Shown here piece by piece: positions 27,563 through 37,820 of a DNA stretch of 64,000 nt; position 1 is the first letter of the stretch; each line of letters opens with the position of its first letter. Location of the stretch: positions 384,001 to 448,000 of the forward strand of contig CBDAOI010000003.1 in assembly GCA_965198005.1 (NCBI GenBank), read 5' to 3'. The notes below the pieces were generated by a model. It did not search any database and had not been told where the DNA came from. It was given only the letters and a program-made list of their open reading frames with translations. The stretch comes from Spirochaetia bacterium (GTDB lineage: Bacteria; Spirochaetota; Spirochaetia; SZUA-6; Bin103). A program made the translations under genes and the position numbers.

Positions 27563-28267
27563 ATGTCCTATACCACGGCCGGTACGACCACCATTCGCGA
27601 ACTGCCCAGCGGCGAGCGTCCGCGCGAGCGGCTGCTGGCGCTGGGGGCGGGCGCGCTCGCCAATTCCGAGCTGATCGCCATTCTGCTGCGCACCGGGGTG
27701 CGCGGCGAGAACGTGCTGAGTCTCGCTACCCGGCTGCTGGCCGAGAACTCGGGTCTGCACGGTCTGCTGCAGGCGTCGGCGTCGGAGCTCGCCGCCCTGC
27801 GCGGGGTCAGCGCAGCGAAGGCGGCCCAGGTAATGGCCGCGCTGGAGCTGGGGCGGCGCGCGGCCACGCTCGCGCCCGCGGACCGGACCATGGTCCGCTC
27901 GCCGGAAGACATTCACCGCTTGCTCGGCGCGGAGCTGGCGCACGCGACGCAGGAGCGGCTGTGCGTGGTCCTGCTCAGCACCAAGCAGGAAGTGCTGCGC
28001 GTGTGCGAGGTGTACCGGGGAACGGTCGACTCCGCCTCGGTGCGCGTCGCCGAGGTGTTGCGCCCGGCGATCAAGGAGAACTGCCCCAACCTGATCGTGG
28101 TGCACAACCACCCGTCGGGCGACCCCACCCCGAGCCCGGACGACGTCCGTGTCACCCGCCGTCTGGTGGCGAGCGCCGAAGCGATGGACATCGACCTCCA
28201 GGATCACCTGGTGATCGGCAGCCGCGGGTTCGTCAGCATGAAGCAGCGCAGCCTGGGCTTCGATTGA
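27563..28267 (+). CDS. radC: RadC/JAB-domain protein
   Basis: ERPRERL...LANSELIAILLRTG, VHNHPSGDPTPS.DD, DHLVIG. Confidence 0.95.
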   Translation: MSYTTAGTTTIRELPSGERPRERLLALGAGALANSELIAILLRTGVRGENVLSLATRLLAENSGLHGLLQASASELAALRGVSAAKAAQVMAALELGRRAATLAPADRTMVRSPEDIHRLLGAELAHATQERLCVVLLSTKQEVLRVCEVYRGTVDSASVRVAEVLRPAIKENCPNLIVVHNHPSGDPTPSPDDVRVTRRLVASAEAMDIDLQDHLVIGSRGFVSMKQRSLGFD

Positions 28268-28289
28268 TTGGTGTATACTTGCCCTCGAC

Positions 28290-28748
28290 ATGTTGACCGC
28301 AGGCGATCCCGCCCCCGACTTCTCCCTCAGTGACCAGGATGGCGCGACCCATGCGCTGGCCGACTATCGCGGCCGCAAGCTGCTGATCTACTTCTATCCG
28401 CGGGCCGACACCCCCGGCTGCACGCGCCAGTCGTGCGCGGTGCGCGATGCGCGCGGCGATCTGTCCGGCCGCAACGTCGCCGTGGTGGGAATCAGTCCCG
28501 ATACGCCGGAGGACCAGAAGAAGTTCGACGACAAGTTCGAGCTGGGATTCCCCCTGCTCGCCGACGTCGGCCACCGGGTGGCCGAGGCGTACGGGGTGTG
28601 GGGGGAGCGCAAGATGTACGGCCGCACCACCATGGGGATCATCCGTTCCTCCTTTCTGGTGGACGCGGCGGGCACCCTCGAGGCGGTGTGGCACGGAGTG
28701 AAGCCGGAGGCCACCGTGCCCAACGTGCTGGAGCAGACCGGCGGTTGA
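28290..28748 (+). CDS. bcp: Thioredoxin-dependent thiol peroxidase Bcp
   Basis: YFYPRADTPGCTRQSC, GISPD, FPLLAD, GIIRSSF. Confidence 0.93.
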   Translation: MLTAGDPAPDFSLSDQDGATHALADYRGRKLLIYFYPRADTPGCTRQSCAVRDARGDLSGRNVAVVGISPDTPEDQKKFDDKFELGFPLLADVGHRVAEAYGVWGERKMYGRTTMGIIRSSFLVDAAGTLEAVWHGVKPEATVPNVLEQTGG

Positions 28749-28803
28749 CGCCGTCGGTAGTGCGCTGGCCGCTGGTGCGTACGCGACTGCCACCGTCAGG
28801 TCC

Positions 28804-29927
28804 ATGACCGGCCGTCGCGAGCGGGTGGCGGTGCTGCTCTCCGGCGGCGTCGACAGCGCGGTGGCGCTCGCTCTGCTGTGCGAGGCAGGCCACCGGCCCA
28901 CCGCCTATTACCTCAAGATCTGGCTCGAGGAGGAGTTGGCGTTCCTGGGGAACTGTCCCTGGGAAGAGGATCTGGCGTACGCCCGGGCAGTCTGCCGCGA
29001 CCTGCAGGTTCCGCTCGAGATCATCCCGTTTCAGACCGAGTACCAGCAGGCGGTCGTGGGGTACGTGCTCGGTGCCCTGCGCGCCGGCCATACCCCGAGC
29101 CCGGACGTGCTGTGCAACCGCGCGGTCAAGTTCGGGGCGTTTGCGGACCGCGTCGCCGGCACCGCCGACGCCGTGGCCAGCGGGCACTACGCCCGCTTGG
29201 CACCGGCCGCGGCCGGCCGCCCGCGGCTGCTGCGCGGGGTCGATCCGGTCAAGGACCAGAGCTACTTCCTCGCCTATCTGCGCCCGGAGCGGCTGGCGCG
29301 GCTGCGGTTCCCGCTGGGGGGGCTGCACAAGCGTCAGGTGCGGGCCCTGGCGGAGGCGCGTGGCCTGGCTCCGAGCCGGCGGCCCGACAGTCAGGGCATC
29401 TGCTTCCTCGGCAAGCTCAGCTACCGGTCGTTCGTGCGCGCCCACCTCGGCGAGTGGCCGGGCGAGATCCGCGACCTGACCGGCGGCGCGGGTCTCGGCC
29501 GCCATCGCGGCCACTGGTTCCATACGATCGGTCAGCGCCAGGGGCTGGGACTCGGCAACGGGCCCTGGTACGTGGTGGCCAAGGATCCCGCCGCCAACGT
29601 GGTGTACGTGGCCCATGACCCGGCCGCCGCGGCGCCGCGCGCGGTGCTGCTCACCGGCTGCAACTGGATCGAACCGGTCGCGCCGGCCGACCTGGAGGCC
29701 GGGCCGCTGCTGGTGCGGATCCGGCACGGCGATACGCCGCGCCCGTGCCGCGTCACGCCGGTGGCGGCCGGCCGGCGCCGGTCGACCGCGTACGGCTGAC
29801 CTTCGACCGACCGGTGGCGGGCCTCGCCAGCGGTCAGTTCGCGGTGTTGTACGGCGGCGAGGAAGGCGCGGTGTGCCTCGGCGCCGGCGTCATGGAGCTA
29901 TGCCGTAGCGCTGGATCCAGTTGGTGA
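28804..29927 (+). CDS. mnmA: tRNA 2-thiouridine(34) synthase MnmA, frameshift near 29770
   Basis: LSGGVDS, PDVLCN..VKF, SGHYA, KDQSYFL, DSQGICF, TIGQRQG. The C-terminal GQFAVLY..CLGAG lies in another frame (29745-29927). Confidence 0.9.
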
Positions 29928-31401
29928 AGGTCTGGTAGCTCGGCAGGCCCACCAGCGCGGCGGCGCGCGTCTTGTTGCCCTGCACCTGGTCGAGCGCCCG
30001 CTGCAGGTAGTGCCGGGCGACCGTGGCCAGCAGCTCCGGCAGGTCGAGCCCCGGCCCCAGCGGCCGCCCCAGCACCGGATCGTCGCCCGGGTCCGCGGTC
30101 ACCGGCAGCAGCGCGTCGCGGACGTCGTCGGCGGAGAGCACGGCATCGGGGGTCCACAGCGCCGCCCGGTTCAGCGTGCTCTGCAGCTCGCGCACGTTGC
30201 CCGGCCAGGAGTGCTCCATGAGAAGGTTCATTGCGCCTTCAGAAAGTGACTTCTCCCGATAGCCGGGTTGCTCGCGGCCGGCCCGGTTCACCACCGCCAG
30301 GCAGTGATCGATCAGGTCGCGCAGGTCTTCCGGCCGCTCGCGCAACGGCGGCAGCCGCAGCACCGCGACCGCGAGGTGATGGAACAGCTCCGGGCGAAAC
30401 GCGCCCGCCGCCACCCGCGCGGCCAGCGGGCGGTTGGTCGCCGCGAACACGCGCACGTCCGCCGGCACGCTGCGCGCGCCGCCCACCGGCAGTACCGCCC
30501 GCGCGCGCAGTGCCGCCAGCAGCGTTACCTGCGCCGGCCGCGGCAGCGCGTCCACCTCGTCGAGCAGCAGGGCCCCACCGGCCGCCTCGAGGAAGGCGCC
30601 TGTGCGGCGCGCCCCGGCGCCCAAAACCGCCCCCTTGGCGTTCCCATACAGCGCGCCCTCCACCATCTCGGGCGGGATGGCGCCACAGTGCACCGTGACG
30701 AAGGGGCAGCCGCGTCGCGGGCCGGCGTTGTGGATCGCACGCGCGAGCAGTTCCTTGCCGGTGCCGAATTCGCCCTCGATCAGCACCGGCACCGAACGCG
30801 GGGCCACCCGCCGCGCGCGCAGCACGACCCGCTGCATCGCCCCGCTGCGCTGCACGATCCCCGCGAACTCCGCCGCCGCGGGCGCCACCCCGGCGCTGAG
30901 CCGTACCAGCGCCTGGTCGGGACGGCGCAGGATCTCGGGCAGCAGCTCCGCCTCGAGATCGGCGGGGACCGACACCGTACGTACCCCGTGCTCCGGCGAC
31001 CACTCGATCAACTCCGCCGGAAACCGGGTCTTCGCGAGGATGATCCAGACCGCAGCCATGGCCGGCGTGCCCGCGTCGAGGTGAAACGTCAGCGCCGCCG
31101 CGCCGCTGCCGTTGGCCGCCGCGGTCTCACACGCGCGCACCGCGGCCCCGTAGACCTCGCCGAACGCCGCCGGCGCGCCGAGCGGTTCGTACAGCACCTG
31201 CAGGTCGACCGCGGCGAACCGCTTCTCGAGCCAGCGCCGGTAGCGCCGCACCCCCTTGCCCGCGCGCTCGGTGAGCAGCACCGCCGCCGCGAACTCACTC
31301 GCGCCCAGGGACTGCGCTACGGGACCGACTGCCTCCGCATCCTCATCCTGAGCCGCCCGCAGATCCCCCCGCCCGATCCACGACACCAGCACCCGCCGCA
31401 T
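29890..31401 (-). CDS. Sigma-54-interaction (Fis-type) regulator with RtcR/CARF-like N-terminal domain
   Basis: LVSWIG..DL...GP, TFHL..GTPAM..VW; GEFGTGKE, LLDEV, WPGNVREL; C-terminal HTH. GAFTGA is replaced by GAVLGA. Confidence 0.85.
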   Translation of the reverse strand: MRRVLVSWIGRGDLRAAQDEDAEAVGPVAQSLGASEFAAAVLLTERAGKGVRRYRRWLEKRFAAVDLQVLYEPLGAPAAFGEVYGAAVRACETAAANGSGAAALTFHLDAGTPAMAAVWIILAKTRFPAELIEWSPEHGVRTVSVPADLEAELLPEILRRPDQALVRLSAGVAPAAAEFAGIVQRSGAMQRVVLRARRVAPRSVPVLIEGEFGTGKELLARAIHNAGPRRGCPFVTVHCGAIPPEMVEGALYGNAKGAVLGAGARRTGAFLEAAGGALLLDEVDALPRPAQVTLLAALRARAVLPVGGARSVPADVRVFAATNRPLAARVAAGAFRPELFHHLAVAVLRLPPLRERPEDLRDLIDHCLAVVNRAGREQPGYREKSLSEGAMNLLMEHSWPGNVRELQSTLNRAALWTPDAVLSADDVRDALLPVTADPGDDPVLGRPLGPGLDLPELLATVARHYLQRALDQVQGNKTRAAALVGLPSYQTFTNWIQRYGIAP

Positions 31402-31446
31402 AACGAGAACGATACTATCACAAAGTTGCTTGTGGCCCGTCGCGTC

Positions 31447-31480
31447 CAAGCCTTGGCAAGCCTTGCCAAGCCTTGCCAAC
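31447..31480. repeat. Tandem 10-mer CAAGCCTTGS x3.4 upstream of the regulator
   Basis: caagccttgg caagccttgc caagccttgc caac. Confidence 0.85.
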
Positions 31481-31489
31481 GGCCTCCTG

Positions 31490-31798
31490 TCACCGTATCG
31501 GCCTCACCCCGCCTCTGCGACCAAGGCCATACCCGACCCTGAAGACGTCCGGGATGTTCACTCGATCGTCGCTCAGCCGCAGGAAGACCCTGAGCGACTC
31601 GAGGTCCAACCGCACGCCGTCAGGACCTCGATCGACGTGTCTCGGGGGCAACTTCACCTCATTCTGCTCCGCCTCTTCGGTCAGACGTTCAAGTACTCCC
31701 TCGTCGCGCCAGCGTTCCGCGATCTCATCGAACTCGCACGGAACCACCTTCCCGGCGAGCGGGCTCAGCCTGATTTGGATGCTCAATGCTCTGAGCAC
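31490..31798 (-). pseudogene. C-terminal fragment of a defence-island-type P-loop ATPase
   Basis: Ends in RVNIPDVFRVGYGLGRRGGVRP, a tail I associate with this family. No N-terminal part is present. Confidence 0.45.
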
Positions 31799-31818
31799 CG
31801 GCCGGCCGATATATCAAC

Positions 31819-31847
31819 TTGACTAAACGGATCAGGATAGGTAAGAT
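31819..31847 (+). promoter_or_regulatory. Sigma-70 promoter of the sulfate operon with overlapping imperfect palindrome (possible Rrf2 operator)
   Basis: TTGACT-N17-TAAGAT. cTTGACTaaacgGATCAGg dyad overlaps the -35 box. Confidence 0.6.
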
Positions 31848-31858
31848 TGCGCCTGGAC

Positions 31859-32272
31859 ATGTTGTCGCTGTCGGCCAAGGCACGCTACGGGTTGCAGGCG
31901 GCCTACGATCTGGCGCAGCACGCCGGTACCGGACCGCGCCAGATCCGGGAGGTGGCCGCGGATCAGGGAATTCCGCAGCACTTTCTGGAGCAGGTGCTGG
32001 TCCAGCTCAAGCGCGCGCGCGTGGTGCGCAGCTTCCGCGGCAGCCAAGGGGGCTACGCCCTGGCGCGGGACGCGTCCCGGATTACGGTGCTGGAGATCCT
32101 GACCAGCCTGGACGGCCCGCTGGAGTTGGGCAGCGGGCCCTGGAACGACCCGGTGCTGGCGGCGCCGCTGCGCCGCGCCGAGGCGGATCTCAGCCGCTGC
32201 CTGCAGGTGACCCTGGCCGACCTGATCTGGAACAAGCAGCGCTCCCAGCCGAGCCTGACCTATCAGATCTGA
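31859..32272 (+). CDS. Rrf2 family regulator, CymR-like (no Fe-S cysteine triad)
   Basis: [33 protein letters not shown]. Confidence 0.92.
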   Translation: MLSLSAKARYGLQAAYDLAQHAGTGPRQIREVAADQGIPQHFLEQVLVQLKRARVVRSFRGSQGGYALARDASRITVLEILTSLDGPLELGSGPWNDPVLAAPLRRAEADLSRCLQVTLADLIWNKQRSQPSLTYQI

Positions 32273-32304
32273 GGAAAGACTGAGGAAGACTGAGGAGGGA
32301 CTCG

Positions 32305-33048
32305 ATGAAGGACCGGATGGAACAGACAGCCGTCACCGTCGACGACGCGCAGGCGCAGTTCACCGCCGCCGCCGCGGATGGGCCCGAGGCGCTGCTGCGC
32401 GCACTGGTGGCGCGCTACGGCCGCGCGCTGAAGCTGGCCTCGTCGCTCGGGGCCGAGGATCAGGTGTTGACCCACATGGTGCTCGGCATCGACCCGGGCG
32501 CGACCATCTTCGTGCTCGATACCGGGCGCCTCCACCAGGAGACCTACGACCTGATGGCGCGCACCATGAGCCGCTACCGGATGCACTACGAGGTGCTGTT
32601 TCCGGATGCCGCCGCGGTCCAGGAGATGGTCGGCGGCGGCGGCCCCAACCTGTTCTACGCCAGCGTCGCCGGCCGCCAGCGCTGCTGCGCGGTGCGCAAG
32701 GTGGAGCCGCTGGGCCGGGCCCTGGCCGGGGCCGCGGCGTGGATTACCGGCCTGCGCCGCGCCCAGAGCCCGGAGCGCGCGCATACGCCGTTCGTGGAGT
32801 GGGACGCGGCGCACGGCGCGCTCAAGGCCAATCCGCTGGCGGACTGGAGCGAGGCCCGGGTGTGGGACTACCTGCGCGCCCACGACGTGCCCTACAACAT
32901 GCTGCACGACCGCGGCTTCGCCAGCATCGGCTGCGCCCCGTGCACGCGCGCCATCGAGCCGGGCGAGGATCCGCGCGCCGGGCGCTGGTGGTGGGAGCAG
33001 GGCACGGCCAAGGAGTGCGGGCTGCACCCGCCGGGGGGCGCCGCGTGA
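32305..33048 (+). CDS. cysH: APS/PAPS reductase, Fe-S APS-reductase type
   Basis: [45 protein letters not shown]. Confidence 0.95.
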   Translation: MKDRMEQTAVTVDDAQAQFTAAAADGPEALLRALVARYGRALKLASSLGAEDQVLTHMVLGIDPGATIFVLDTGRLHQETYDLMARTMSRYRMHYEVLFPDAAAVQEMVGGGGPNLFYASVAGRQRCCAVRKVEPLGRALAGAAAWITGLRRAQSPERAHTPFVEWDAAHGALKANPLADWSEARVWDYLRAHDVPYNMLHDRGFASIGCAPCTRAIEPGEDPRAGRWWWEQGTAKECGLHPPGGAA

Positions 33049-33926
33049 CCGGCCTCGAGCGCCTGGAGGCGCAGAGCGTCTACATCCTGCGCGAGGCGTA
33101 CCGGGAGTTCCCGCGCCTGTGCATGCTGTGGTCGATCGGCAAGGACAGCACCGTCATGTTGTGGCTGACGCGCAAGGCGTTCTTCGGCGAGGTGCCGTTC
33201 CCGCTGGTGCACGTCGACACCTCGTTCAAGATCCCGGAGATGATCGCCTACCGCGACCGCCTGGTGCGCACCTGGCGGCTCAACCTCATCTACGGCGAGA
33301 ACCGGGCCGCGCTCGACGCGCGCCAGACCTTCCCGGCCGGCGCGCTGTCGCGCATCGCCTGCTGCAAGGCGCTCAAGACCGACGCGCTGGTGAACACCCT
33401 GTCCGGCGCCTGGCCGCGCTACCGGTTCGATCACGAGCAGGACCAGTACGTGGTCGACCCGAACCCCGAGCCCTACACCGGGGTGATCGTGGGCGCGCGC
33501 GCGGACGAAGAGGGCAGCCGGTCCAAGGAGCGCTACTTCTCGCCGCGCGACCATCACAGCGACTGGGACATCGGCGATCAGCCGCCCGAGCTGTGGAACC
33601 AGTTCAAGACCGACTTCGCGCCCGGCACCCACGTGCGCGTGCATCCGCTGCTGGACTGGACCGAGCTCAACATCTGGGAGTACATCGCGGCCGAGAACAT
33701 CCCCGTGGTCCCGCTCTACTTCGACCAGGGCGACGGCACCCGCTTCCGGTCGCTCGGCTGCTACCCGTGCACCAAGCCGGTCGCCTCCACCGCCTCCACG
33801 GTCGCCGAGATCGTCGAAGAGCTGCGCACCGGGAGGTTCTCGCACGTGGCCGAGCGTTCCGGGCGCGAGCAGGACAAGGAGGGCGACGGCACCCTCGAAG
33901 TGCTGCGCCGCGAGGGCTACATGTAG
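33045..33926 (+). CDS. cysD: Sulfate adenylyltransferase subunit 2
   Basis: [49 protein letters not shown]. Confidence 0.95.
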   Translation: MTGLERLEAQSVYILREAYREFPRLCMLWSIGKDSTVMLWLTRKAFFGEVPFPLVHVDTSFKIPEMIAYRDRLVRTWRLNLIYGENRAALDARQTFPAGALSRIACCKALKTDALVNTLSGAWPRYRFDHEQDQYVVDPNPEPYTGVIVGARADEEGSRSKERYFSPRDHHSDWDIGDQPPELWNQFKTDFAPGTHVRVHPLLDWTELNIWEYIAAENIPVVPLYFDQGDGTRFRSLGCYPCTKPVASTASTVAEIVEELRTGRFSHVAERSGREQDKEGDGTLEVLRREGYM

Positions 33927-34019
33927 TGGGCGCCCCTGCGACTGCGCGCATCGGCGGCCCCGGCGGCCGCGCCCACCGCTACGCCCGCCGCCGCGCCCCC
34001 GTCCGCGGAAGTGGCGGCG

Positions 34020-35816
34020 ATGAACATCGTCATCATCGGCCACGTCGACCACGGCAAGAGCACCGTGGTCGGGCGGTTGCTGCACGACACCGGGGTGTTG
34101 CCGCACGGCCGGATCGAGCAGGTGCGGCGCAACTGCGAACGCTCCGGCAAGCCGTTCGAGTACGCGTTCCTGATCGACGCGTTGCGCGACGAGCAGGCGC
34201 AGGGCATCACCATCGACGCGGCGCGCGTGTTCTTCCGCTCCGCCAAACGGCGCTACATCATCATCGACGCCCCCGGCCACATCGAATTCCTCAAGAACAT
34301 GATCACCGGCGCGGCCCGCGCCGAAGCGGCGATACTGGTGATCGACGCCCGCGAAGGCGTACGCGAGAACTCGCGCCGGCACGGGTTCATGGCCGCCATG
34401 CTCGGCATCCGGCAGCTCCTGGTGCTGGTGAACAAGATGGACCTGGTCGACTACGACGCGGCGGTCTATACCGCCATCCACCGGGAATACGCGGCGTTTC
34501 TCGAACAGATCCAGGTGGCGCCGGTGGGCTTCATTCCGGTGAGCGGGCGCCACGGCGACAACCTGGTGGCGCTTTCGCCGCGCACGCCGTGGTACGCCGG
34601 AGAGCCGCTTTTGGCGCAGATCGACGCCCTGGACAGCGCCGGTCCGGCCGCGGCGCAGGCGTTGCGGCTGCCGGTGCAGGACGTGTACAAGTTTCCGGTG
34701 CGCGGCGACGACGCGCGCATCATCGCCGGCACCATCGCCACCGGCCAGGTGGCGGTCGGCGATACGGTGGAGTTCCTGCCGTCGCGCAAGCGGGCGCGGG
34801 TGCACGGCATCGAGGGCTTCAACGTCCCGGCGGCGCGGGCGGCCGCGGCCGGCGCCGCCACCGGCATCACCCTCACCGAAGAGCTGTACGTGCGCCCCGG
34901 CGAGGTGATGTACCGGGTGGGCGAGGCGCCGCCCAAGGTGGGCACCACGTTTCGCGCCAACCTGTTCTGGCTGGGCCGCAACCCGCTGGTGCGCGGCAAG
35001 CGCTACCGGCTCAAGCTGGCCACCGCGCGGGTGCCGGTGCACCTGAAGGAGATCGTGCAGGTGCTGGATGCCGCCACCCTGGAGCGGACCAAGGCGAAGC
35101 AGCACGTCGGGCGGCACGACGTGGCCGAGTGCGTGCTGGAAACCCACAAGCCGATCGCGTTCGATCTCGGGGTGGACGCCGAGTTCGCGGCCACGGGACG
35201 GTTCGTGCTGGTCGATCAATACGAGATCGCCGGCGGCGGCATCATCACCGAGTACCGGTCCAGCCTGAAGAACGCGCTGCGCGAGCACGTCCGGCAGCGC
35301 GACTACGCCTGGGTGCACGGTACAATCACCAGCGAGCAGCGGGTCGAGCGCTACGGCCAGCGGCCGCGGCTGGTGGTGCTCACCGGACCGGAGCGCCGGC
35401 CGCTGGTGGAGATCGCGCGTCAAGTGGAGGGTGAGCTGTTTCGCGGCGGCCGCAGCGTGTACTACTTCGGCCTCTCCAATCTGGCGCGCGGCCTGGATGC
35501 CGACCTGTCCGGCGCGGAGCTGCCCGGCAGCGAGACCCGCGACGAGCAGATCCGCCATCTGGGCGAGGTGGCCCACATCCTGACCGACACCGGCCAGATC
35601 GTGATTACCACGGTGACCGACCTCGACGTGCATGAAGCGGAGACCCTGCGCATCCTCAATCAGCCCAACGACGTGCTGGTGATCCGCATCGGCCCCGACC
35701 GCTACGGCGTGAACGCCGATCTGGTGCTGCCGCAGCAGCAGGTGGCGCGGGCGGCGGTGGCGGCCGTGTGCCGCATGCTGCGCGAGCGCGAGGTGGTGCT
35801 CGAATATTACCTGTGA
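34020..35816 (+). CDS. cysN: Sulfate adenylyltransferase subunit 1 with degenerate APS-kinase domain
   Basis: [27 protein letters not shown]. The C-terminal kinase-like domain lacks a Walker A. Confidence 0.92.
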   Translation: MNIVIIGHVDHGKSTVVGRLLHDTGVLPHGRIEQVRRNCERSGKPFEYAFLIDALRDEQAQGITIDAARVFFRSAKRRYIIIDAPGHIEFLKNMITGAARAEAAILVIDAREGVRENSRRHGFMAAMLGIRQLLVLVNKMDLVDYDAAVYTAIHREYAAFLEQIQVAPVGFIPVSGRHGDNLVALSPRTPWYAGEPLLAQIDALDSAGPAAAQALRLPVQDVYKFPVRGDDARIIAGTIATGQVAVGDTVEFLPSRKRARVHGIEGFNVPAARAAAAGAATGITLTEELYVRPGEVMYRVGEAPPKVGTTFRANLFWLGRNPLVRGKRYRLKLATARVPVHLKEIVQVLDAATLERTKAKQHVGRHDVAECVLETHKPIAFDLGVDAEFAATGRFVLVDQYEIAGGGIITEYRSSLKNALREHVRQRDYAWVHGTITSEQRVERYGQRPRLVVLTGPERRPLVEIARQVEGELFRGGRSVYYFGLSNLARGLDADLSGAELPGSETRDEQIRHLGEVAHILTDTGQIVITTVTDLDVHEAETLRILNQPNDVLVIRIGPDRYGVNADLVLPQQQVARAAVAAVCRMLREREVVLEYYL

Positions 35817-35845
35817 TCGGGTGGCTGTGATCGGGTGGTTGTGAC

Positions 35846-37270
35846 GTGGTGCCCGTGACCGGGTTCGTGAGCCTGATCGGCGCCGGGCCGGGAGATCCGG
35901 AGTTGATCACCGTGCGCGGGCAGCGCGCCCTGGCCGCGGCCGACGTGATCGTCCACGACGAGCTGGTGGACCGGCGCATCCTGGCGCCGTACGCCGGCCG
36001 CGTCCTGCACGGCCTGGGAGACCGGCGGGCGCCCGCCGCGCACCGGCAGCAGCGCCTGCACGCGCTGTTGGCCGCCGAGGCGGGGGCCGGCCGGCGCGTC
36101 GCGCACCTCAAGGGCGGCGATCCGTTGCTGTTCGCGCGCGGCACGGAGGAGATCGAGTTTCTGCGCGCGCGCGCCATTCCGTACGAAGTGATACCGGGCA
36201 TCACGGCGGCGGTAGCGGCCGCGGCGTACGCCGAGCTGCCCCTGACGCGGCGCCGGCTCGCCTCGTCGGTGGCGTTCTGCACCGGGCATGCGGCCGCGAT
36301 TACGGTGCCGCAGGCCGACACGCTGGTGTACTACATGGCGGCCGCCCGCCTGGCGGAGGTGGCGCAGCGGGTGCTGGCGGAAGGCTGGCCCGCGACCACC
36401 CCGCTGACCCTGGTGCGCCAGGCGACGCGCCCCGAACAGACGGTCTTGACCACCACCCTCGGCCGGGCCGCGGCCGGGTCGGTGCCGATGGCGCCGCCGC
36501 TGGTGGCGTTGATCGGGCCGGGCGGGAAGCCGCTCGCCGGCCGGGTCGACCGCTCCTGGTTCACGCGTGCGCGCAAGGTACTGGTGACCGGCACCAGCCT
36601 CGAGCCGTACCGCGGCCTGGGTGAGCTGGTGCACACGCCGCTGATCCGGATCGCCGAACCCGACGACGGCGCCCCGTTCGACGCCGCGCTGCGGCGCCTC
36701 GGCGGCTTCGACCTGATCGGCTTCACCAGCCGCTACGCGGTAGCGGCGCTGTTCGCCCGCCTGCTGCGCCTGGGCGCGGACAGCCGGCGGCTGGCGCACG
36801 CCACCATTGCGGCGGTGGGCAGGAGCACGGCCGCGGCCCTGCGCGCGCGCGCGGTGCTGGCCGACGTCACCGCCGCGCCGGAGAGCACGGCCGGGCTACT
36901 GGCCGCGCTACGCGCCGGACCGGCGCTGGCCGGCCGGCGGGTCCTGCTGCCGCGCTCGGAGATCGCCGATCCGGAGCTGCCGGCGGCGCTGCGCCGGGAG
37001 GGCGCCGCGGTCACCGCGGTCACCGCCTACCGCACCTTGCCGGTCGCCGACCCGCCGCGGGTCGACCTGAGCGCGTTCGGTGCGGTCCTGTTCACCTCGC
37101 CCTCCGCCGTGGACGCGTTCCGCCGGCTGTACGGCTCCGCCCCGCCGGCCGCGGTCGCGCTCTGGTGCCGCGGCCCCCTGACCCGGGCCGCGGCCCGCGC
37201 CGCCTTCGGCCGCGGCGAGCCACTGCCCGCCGTCCCAGCCCCGGACCCGCCGCCCGCCGGCAACGCTTAG
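35846..37270 (+). CDS. cobA: Uroporphyrinogen-III C-methyltransferase / uroporphyrinogen-III synthase fusion
   Basis: IGAGPGDPELIT, LKGGDP..FARG.EE, IPGITA. HemD part: FTSRYAV, AVG..TA, FTSPSAV. Confidence 0.9.
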   Translation: MVPVTGFVSLIGAGPGDPELITVRGQRALAAADVIVHDELVDRRILAPYAGRVLHGLGDRRAPAAHRQQRLHALLAAEAGAGRRVAHLKGGDPLLFARGTEEIEFLRARAIPYEVIPGITAAVAAAAYAELPLTRRRLASSVAFCTGHAAAITVPQADTLVYYMAAARLAEVAQRVLAEGWPATTPLTLVRQATRPEQTVLTTTLGRAAAGSVPMAPPLVALIGPGGKPLAGRVDRSWFTRARKVLVTGTSLEPYRGLGELVHTPLIRIAEPDDGAPFDAALRRLGGFDLIGFTSRYAVAALFARLLRLGADSRRLAHATIAAVGRSTAAALRARAVLADVTAAPESTAGLLAALRAGPALAGRRVLLPRSEIADPELPAALRREGAAVTAVTAYRTLPVADPPRVDLSAFGAVLFTSPSAVDAFRRLYGSAPPAAVALWCRGPLTRAAARAAFGRGEPLPAVPAPDPPPAGNA

Positions 37271-37775
37271 CTCCTGCACGAGCTCGTTCATCTGCTGCTG
37301 GGCATGACCGGTATCAGCGGCGACGCTCCTGGGAGCAAGGTAGAGGGGTTCTGCAGTTCTGCAATAACGTCGCGGCCAAGTGGATGCTGCCCGCACAGAC
37401 GCTGAACCAGATCGAGCTCGATGACGACCTTGCCGAGCAGCAACGGCACATCAGCAGGTTTGCTCAGCCACGGAACCTGAGCCACACGTTGGTTGCCTAC
37501 CGGCTATTTCGCGCCGAACGCATCGATCAGCGAACCTATGCCCGTCTCAGTGCCGTTTTCAGAGAACGGTGGCGGACGGAGCGCACGCTGCGCCGTGAGG
37601 AAGCGCGGGAAGCGGAAGGTGGTATCGACTACTACGTTGTACGCCGTCACCGGGTCGGCCAAGCATTGCTACAGTTCGCCGGTCGCATGGTGAAGTCCGA
37701 CGCGCTGTCCATTACCAAGGCGGCTAGAATCCTGGACGTCAAGCCCGGACAGGTAAGCAAGATGCTGCCTTCTCA
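37271..37775 (+). pseudogene. C-terminal half of an ImmA/IrrE-type metallopeptidase
   Basis: LLHELVHLLLG.TGISG (HExxH). An 8-bp duplication GTTCTGCA at 37348-37363 shifts frame before FCNNVAA...YYVVRRHRVG...KAARILDVKP. Confidence 0.75.
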
Positions 37776-37820
37776 TGCGCGGGCGCGGGCGCATCCCGCC
37801 GGCAGGTGGGGCGGCCGTCA

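Noticed and set aside
31447-31480. Sigma-54 -24/-12 promoter in the TTGGCAAGGC repeats
   Set aside because: The GG-to-GC spacing is 8-9 nt rather than the required 10.
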